A stretch of DNA of 62,573 nucleotides, from positions 1 through 62,573 of the forward strand of contig CALGPO010000063.1 in NCBI GenBank assembly GCA_937960465.1, read 5' to 3'. This DNA comes from an uncultured bacterium (lineage in GTDB: Bacteria > Nitrospirota > Thermodesulfovibrionia > Thermodesulfovibrionales > Dissulfurispiraceae). This document shows positions 57,299 through 62,573 of this stretch, piece by piece (within the stretch, counting starts at the first letter, position 1; each line of letters starts with the position of its first letter). The notes under the pieces are model-generated. The model ran no database searches, had not been told where the DNA came from, and saw only the letters and a program-made list of their open reading frames with translations. The position numbers and the translations under genes are program-made.

Positions 57299-57922
57299 TT
57301 AAATCTTTATCTTCCCCAAAATCTTATTTTTTGCCGCTTTAAAGCCATTCTTTCTCAAAATACTCAAAATCTCCTTTGAAGCAACTTCCTTCAAAAACCT
57401 CTCTCTTTCTCTGTTCGCAGGAATATCTCTCATTACCTTCTTTCGCAATTGCCCTAAAAATGTAATAAAGCGCCCGAAGTCTTTATTATAAAGGAGTTCA
57501 AGCTCTTTTCTCACTGCCCTTGCCATAGCAGGACTTGCGCCTGAAGTCGAAATAGCTATAGTCATTGGCCCTCTGCTCACAACAGAAGGAACTATGAAAT
57601 TCGCCAGTTCAGGCCTGTCAACAACATTTACAAGGAATGGGGCATCCTTGGATACCATTTTATTTATTTTTTCGTCGGATGTAGCAGCAATAACCAGAAA
57701 TGCGTTTTTCAGATCTCCCTTTTTATAATTCCTCTTTATGTGCTTTATCCTTCCATTCTTTTTATGCCTTTCAAGGGTATTAGTAAGATCAGGGCTTATT
57801 ACAGTAACCTCAGATCCTGCATTAAGAAGGCTTGCAATTTTTCTTTCAGCAACCTTCCCGCCACCAATGACAATGCAATTTTTTCCGCATAAATTTATAA
57901 AGGCAGGATAGTAGTTAGTCAT
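57299..57922 (-). CDS. Precorrin-2 dehydrogenase/sirohydrochlorin ferrochelatase (SirC/Met8p-like)
   Basis: YYP, GGGKVAERK, NVVD, ISTSGASP. Confidence 0.9.
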   Translation of the reverse strand: MTNYYPAFINLCGKNCIVIGGGKVAERKIASLLNAGSEVTVISPDLTNTLERHKKNGRIKHIKRNYKKGDLKNAFLVIAATSDEKINKMVSKDAPFLVNVVDRPELANFIVPSVVSRGPMTIAISTSGASPAMARAVRKELELLYNKDFGRFITFLGQLRKKVMRDIPANRERERFLKEVASKEILSILRKNGFKAAKNKILGKIKI

Positions 57923-57933
57923 CGGTTAATCGG

Positions 57934-58716
57934 TTATTTGCCTTTAAACTTCTCTAATTCCTTTTTTGCTTCCGGGGCGAATTTGCTTGAAGGGTATTTC
58001 TCAATTAATTTATTAAATGCCTCTTTGGCCTTTTCGTCTATTTTAGCCAACTTATAAGCCTTTGCCAGGAGGAACAATGCCTCATCACCTCTTTTGTATT
58101 CAGGGAATTGTTTGAGCAGACCTTCAAGCCTATTGATGGCTGCATTATACGATTCCTTTTTATAGTAGAACTCACCAACCATGAGTTCGCCGTCTGCAAT
58201 AATATTTCTGCATTTCTCTATCCTGAGTTCCAATACCTCCCTGTAAGGGTTTCTCGGATATAATTCCTTTAATCGCATAAATTCCTGCAGTGCCTTCTGC
58301 GCTGCCCCTGATCCCCTGTCAGGAGACTCGATCTGTGAGAAATATGCCATGCCTATTTGATACTGGGCATATGAGGCATATTGATTATCCGGATAAAGCT
58401 CAATGAATTTTCTGTACTCCTCGATGCCGATGTCTATGTCACCATCCCTTATATAGGACTCGGCAATCTTAAGCTGTGCCTGTGGTGCATATTTTTTTGC
58501 AGTCTCTCTGTTTTTCACTTCAAGGAGGATTTTTCTCGCCTCTTCGTATTCTTTGTCATTAATAAGGATATCAGCCTTTGACAGATACCTTTCAGGATCA
58601 AAATCTTCTTCCTTCTTCACTACCTTGCCACCGCATGAAGTAAGAATAAAGAGCAGAGAGCAGAGAGCAAAGAAAAGAAAAAACCATTTACCATTTATCA
58701 TTTGCCATTTTTTCAT
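57934..58716 (-). CDS. bamD: Outer-membrane assembly lipoprotein BamD
   Basis: Lipobox LTSC, TPRs, FYYK...AAINR. Confidence 0.9.
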   Translation of the reverse strand: MKKWQMINGKWFFLFFALCSLLFILTSCGGKVVKKEEDFDPERYLSKADILINDKEYEEARKILLEVKNRETAKKYAPQAQLKIAESYIRDGDIDIGIEEYRKFIELYPDNQYASYAQYQIGMAYFSQIESPDRGSGAAQKALQEFMRLKELYPRNPYREVLELRIEKCRNIIADGELMVGEFYYKKESYNAAINRLEGLLKQFPEYKRGDEALFLLAKAYKLAKIDEKAKEAFNKLIEKYPSSKFAPEAKKELEKFKGK

Positions 58717-58853
58717 AGTGTTTATTAAAACCTTTAATGTCTTTTTTAGTCAAGGGGTTTTGACTTATAGACAATTTATATTTTAAACTGTCTAACATGG
58801 TTCTTGGCTCTTTGCTTGTGTAACCACGAGCCAGTCACAGGAGGAAAAATCAG

Positions 58854-60578
58854 GTGAAAAAAAATATCATGAAGGTAAGCTTAAAACCATTGCTTCTTCT
58901 ATTGTTTGTTGTTTACTGCTTTCTGCAATCTGCCAATGGCTATGCCCAGACAAAGGAACCAAAGGCAGGGCAAGATGCATCCCTTAACACCTTGAAAAAT
59001 GAAATCCTCTCTTACTTTGAACCTGTTACAGGTAAGATTATTTCCGTTGATGGAAACTCGATTAAAATAGATATCGGGGCACAAAAATCCGTCAAGGCTG
59101 GAATGAGGCTTTATGCCTTCAAGGAGGGTGTGAGCTTCGTGCATCCTGTTACAAAAGAGCCTTTGGGTAAAATTGAAATACCAGTTGGAAGTATTGAAAT
59201 CACAGCAACAACACCAAATGATGCCTCAGGCATAATAATCAAGGGTAAGCCAGAGGATTTCTCAAATGCAAAAGTCAAGATACGCGGTTCAAAGATAAAG
59301 GTATTATTTTTTCAGGGGAATGTTGATTGGTTTTTAGGGGATAGCTATTACCAAATGCTCAAGGATAGTGGAAGATTTGAATTGGTGGATACAGGAATTG
59401 AAACAGATGACATGCAGAAGATAGTCTCTGAGGCAAGGGCAAAAAACGCAGAAGCAGTATTAGTCCTGAACGCAGAGGACTTTACAGACCATGTAAATCT
59501 GACACAAAGACTCTTCTGGGCAAGCGATTCAAAACAGTTTTCCGAAAAAAAAGTCCCTGTAAATATCGCCTATGTCAAAGAACTGAGATTTAAATCAGGA
59601 TTTTTTGGGGCGAAGGAAGGAGAGGTGCTCCTGTCCTTCCAACTCCCATTTGGAGCACGCCACATTGCAGTTGGAGACATGGACGGCGATGAGAACCCGG
59701 ATATAGTCATTGCATCTGGAGATGCCATAAGGATTTACAGGCCCGGTGTTGACCTGAAGCTGTTGTGGGAATTCAAAGTGCCGTCAACCAGTGAGGTAAT
59801 CTGGCTCGATGTTGTTGACGCTAACAAGAACAAGAGAGATGAAATAATTGTCACATCCATACAGGGCGGAGAGGTCAATTCATATATATACGAATTAAAG
59901 GATTCAGGATTTGTCCAGTTGTATAAAGCAAAGGATACCTTCATAAGAAAGCTCGGCAACGGAATAGCAGGTCAGGGATATAGTAAAAATAATGGCTATG
60001 ATGGAAGTGTATTCTACCTTGTGTATTCCAGCGGAACATATAAAAAAGGCGACGATATCAAACTTCCGGAAGGCGTAAACATCTATGATTTCCAGCCTGT
60101 CAATTCCTCGGATGGAAAACAGGCCATACTATCATGGGACGACAGGGGCTATCTTAATCTTTACAATGAAAAGGGTGTGAGGATATGGATCAGCAGGGAG
60201 GATTTCGGAGGTTTCTCGGCAAAATTTAAAAGGGAGTCCCCAACAGTGATGGTTGACAGGGGAGATTGGTCAGTAAAGGACAGGCTCTTTGTTAAAAGCA
60301 ATGAAGTGCTTGCGCCAAAACGCAAACCGTTGTTAGGCATAGCAAAGGGTCTTGGATACAAGTCCTCGGAAATACGGAGTTTCTGGTGGAACGGCATTAC
60401 AGTTGAGGAAAGGGGATTGCTTGAGGAGATAGGCGGGGAAGTCCTCGATTATGCTGTCGTAGGCGACAGATTGATAGTGCTTTCAAAACCCCTGTTCGGC
60501 ATAAGGGCTCAAAATATACTTAAGGGCGAAAGTCCATTCGGCACAATGCTGTATATATTTTCACTAAAGGGACGGTGA
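58854..60578 (+). CDS. Exported FG-GAP/VCBS-repeat protein
   Basis: Signal peptide, HPVTKEPLG, GDMDGDENPDIV, DANKNKRDEII. Confidence 0.75.
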   Translation: MKKNIMKVSLKPLLLLLFVVYCFLQSANGYAQTKEPKAGQDASLNTLKNEILSYFEPVTGKIISVDGNSIKIDIGAQKSVKAGMRLYAFKEGVSFVHPVTKEPLGKIEIPVGSIEITATTPNDASGIIIKGKPEDFSNAKVKIRGSKIKVLFFQGNVDWFLGDSYYQMLKDSGRFELVDTGIETDDMQKIVSEARAKNAEAVLVLNAEDFTDHVNLTQRLFWASDSKQFSEKKVPVNIAYVKELRFKSGFFGAKEGEVLLSFQLPFGARHIAVGDMDGDENPDIVIASGDAIRIYRPGVDLKLLWEFKVPSTSEVIWLDVVDANKNKRDEIIVTSIQGGEVNSYIYELKDSGFVQLYKAKDTFIRKLGNGIAGQGYSKNNGYDGSVFYLVYSSGTYKKGDDIKLPEGVNIYDFQPVNSSDGKQAILSWDDRGYLNLYNEKGVRIWISREDFGGFSAKFKRESPTVMVDRGDWSVKDRLFVKSNEVLAPKRKPLLGIAKGLGYKSSEIRSFWWNGITVEERGLLEEIGGEVLDYAVVGDRLIVLSKPLFGIRAQNILKGESPFGTMLYIFSLKGR

Positions 60579-60673
60579 ATGAGGTGAAGGGGTGAAGGGG
60601 TGAAGAGGTGAATGGGTGAATGGGTGAATGAGGTGAAGGGGTGAAGGGGTGAAGAGGTGAATGGGTGAGGAGG
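60574..60673 (+). repeat. Octamer array of GGTGAA-containing units upstream of uppS
   Basis: About 12 units with a higher-order duplication, ending in the GAGGAGG RBS. Confidence 0.92.
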
Positions 60674-60680
60674 TTTTACT

Positions 60681-61439
60681 TTGGAAAAAAGGACTATTCC
60701 ACGTCATGTAGGCATAATAATGGACGGAAACGGCCGATGGGCAGAAATGAGAGGCCTGCCTCGTTTTGAAGGACATAAAAGGGGCGTACAAAGGGTAAAA
60801 GAAATCACAGAGGCGGCAAGCGGCATAGGGGTGGAGGTCTTATCACTATATGCCTTTTCCATAGAAAACTGGATGAGGCCCGAGGATGAGGTTTCCGTAA
60901 TCATGGGACTGCTTGAGGAATCCCTGAAAGGAGAGTTTCTGAATTTCATAAAGGAGGGAATCCGCTTCAGGGTCATCGGCAACAGGGATAAGCTGCCCGG
61001 AAATATTAAGTCCATTATCGAGGGAGTGGAACAGGCAACGGAGAAGAACAACAGACTGATTTTACAATGCGCCCTCAGTTACGGTGGAAGGGATGAAATA
61101 ATAAGGGCAATAAGAAAGGCGATAAACAAAGGCTTAACTCCTGAAGATATTACAGAAGACTCAATAAGCGAACTTCTTGATACAGCAGGTACACCTGACC
61201 CAGATCTTATAATACGGACAAGCGGAGAGCAGAGATTGAGCAATTTCCTGCTGTGGCAATCAGCCTATTCAGAGTTTTATTTCACAGGCACATTATGGCC
61301 TGACTTCACAAAGGAAGAACTCTTAGAGGCAATACACGAATACCAGATGAGGGACAGAAGGTTCGGAAAGGTTTCTAATTCTTCAGGCTCATTGGCAGGT
61401 TCAGGGGATTCGGGATTCGGAGTTTGGAGTGCTTTTTAG
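60681..61439 (+). CDS. uppS: Undecaprenyl diphosphate synthase
   Basis: IMDGNGRWA, YAFS.ENW, RTSGEQRLSNFLLWQ. Confidence 0.96.
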   Translation: MEKRTIPRHVGIIMDGNGRWAEMRGLPRFEGHKRGVQRVKEITEAASGIGVEVLSLYAFSIENWMRPEDEVSVIMGLLEESLKGEFLNFIKEGIRFRVIGNRDKLPGNIKSIIEGVEQATEKNNRLILQCALSYGGRDEIIRAIRKAINKGLTPEDITEDSISELLDTAGTPDPDLIIRTSGEQRLSNFLLWQSAYSEFYFTGTLWPDFTKEELLEAIHEYQMRDRRFGKVSNSSGSLAGSGDSGFGVWSAF

Positions 61440-62238
61440 TCAAGAGAACCTGAAGCGGGTAGTTGTTGCTGTCATTGCACTGCCCATCTTTTATCTCTAC
61501 ATAACAAAGCTGCCGCCAGTTTTCTTTCTCGTTCTCTTAACTCTGGTATCAGCACTTGCGCAGATGGAATTGCATGCAATGTATAAAACAGACAGATGGC
61601 TCTCTTTTACAGGAATAATCAGCGGTATCCTGCTCTTTGTCTCATCGCTTTTCAATGCCGATTATTCCATCTTTGCCACCGGGATGATATTCATATTCTC
61701 ATTCATGCTCATGTCATCAACTCGACTGTTCCTCGTAAAAAACCCCTCATCTTCGTTAAGAGATATATCTCCGGTTGTCACAGGTCTTCTGTACATTCCT
61801 AACCTTCTGCTTACCCAGTGGTATCTGAGGCTTCAGGGCTATGAATGGATACTTTTTTTATACGGCTGCGTATGGGCGTCTGACAGTCTTGCCTATTACA
61901 TAGGCAAGGGCATAGGGAAGAGAAAACTCTATAAAGAGGTAAGTCCGAATAAGACAGTAGCAGGAGCATTCGGTTCGGTAATTGGCGGGATACTTGCTGC
62001 TTTATTACTCGGCAGGCTGATGCTGAACAATATTTCCATTCCTGTATTGATCGCAATGGGCGGTGCCATAGGCTCTATCACAATTGTGGGAGACCTCGTT
62101 GAATCCATGTTCAAAAGAGACGCAGGTGTTAAGGATTCGGGATCCTTTATTCCCGGACACGGCGGCATCCTCGACAAAATAGACGGCGTCCTCTTTGCAG
62201 GGCCTCTGCTTTACTGGATAACATTGGCGATCCGATAA
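61429..62238 (+). CDS. cdsA: Phosphatidate cytidylyltransferase
   Basis: SPNKT, GDLVESMFKR, KDSG..IPGHGGILD. Confidence 0.95.
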   Translation: MLFSQENLKRVVVAVIALPIFYLYITKLPPVFFLVLLTLVSALAQMELHAMYKTDRWLSFTGIISGILLFVSSLFNADYSIFATGMIFIFSFMLMSSTRLFLVKNPSSSLRDISPVVTGLLYIPNLLLTQWYLRLQGYEWILFLYGCVWASDSLAYYIGKGIGKRKLYKEVSPNKTVAGAFGSVIGGILAALLLGRLMLNNISIPVLIAMGGAIGSITIVGDLVESMFKRDAGVKDSGSFIPGHGGILDKIDGVLFAGPLLYWITLAIR

Positions 62239-62338
62239 ACCGCAAGGCCGCTGACCTTATGAATAAACAGAAGTTTTTTGTTTCGGTTCATCTCCAAAAT
62301 AGTTGCTACAAATGCTTATGACTATAAAGCTATTTGCA

Positions 62339-62432
62339 ACTAAGTTACGCGATTATATATGTCATGCCTGCCTGTGCGTTGCAGCACGCAGGCAGGTGCG
62401 GCGAAAAGACTTTAAACCACGCACTTGTATTA
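62339..62432. mobile_element. B/D-like element end with a 30-bp variant of the palindrome (62367-62396)
   Basis: ACTAAGTTACGCGATT...AAAAGACTTT. Confidence 0.6.
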
Positions 62433-62573
62433 ACCTTACAGTTGCATAAAATCAAAGGTTACAGCAAGGACTAACATGCGTAAAAGACTTTGCCTGCGAC
62501 ACCTTATAAGATTTTCATACCACCATATCGTATTCAGCATTGGATTCAACCCTCTGTTAAAACATTTATATTC
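62433..62573 (-). mobile_element. Family A MITE-like element, copy 5 (cut by the window end)
   Basis: Matches 38253 onward. Confidence 0.88.

Overview
A 62.6-kb bacterial chromosomal window. Gene content suggests a diderm anaerobe, possibly Nitrospirota/Thermodesulfovibrionia-like; this is inference only. From left to right it contains: the tail of a Y1/RAYT-like transposase gene; tRNA-Gly(CCC) with a 3.8-kb integrated rolling-circle mini-element (HUH Rep, hairpin origin, RHH repressor, DUF2726, Zn-ribbon tyrosine integrase, 29-bp att repeat); dinB; a sigma54 flagellar cluster (FleQ-like, TPR, FleS/FleR-like, flgBC-fliE-K, flgD, two flgE, fliLMN, fused fliO-fliP, fliQ); trpEGD; LOG; rmuC; two restriction-modification cassettes; five toxin-antitoxin loci, four with a broken toxin; futalosine menaquinone genes; pyrE, folD, trxB, uvrA; a lipid A cluster (gnnA/gnnB-like, lpxB, msbA, waaA, frameshifted lpxK); sirC, bamD, uppS and cdsA. 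The most striking unannotated layer is non-coding and has three parts. (i) Three related families of palindromic MITE-like elements share length and a subterminal AAAGMCTTT motif, and families A (217 bp) and D (218 bp) have covarying stems. (ii) A 27-bp palindrome is nested inside them, with both filled and empty alleles visible. (iii) Pervasive 6/7/8-mer tandem micro-insertions, often in inverted pairs, land in-frame in core proteins, including about 59 aa in FliI. All calls come from reading the sequence and ORF track; no searches were run.
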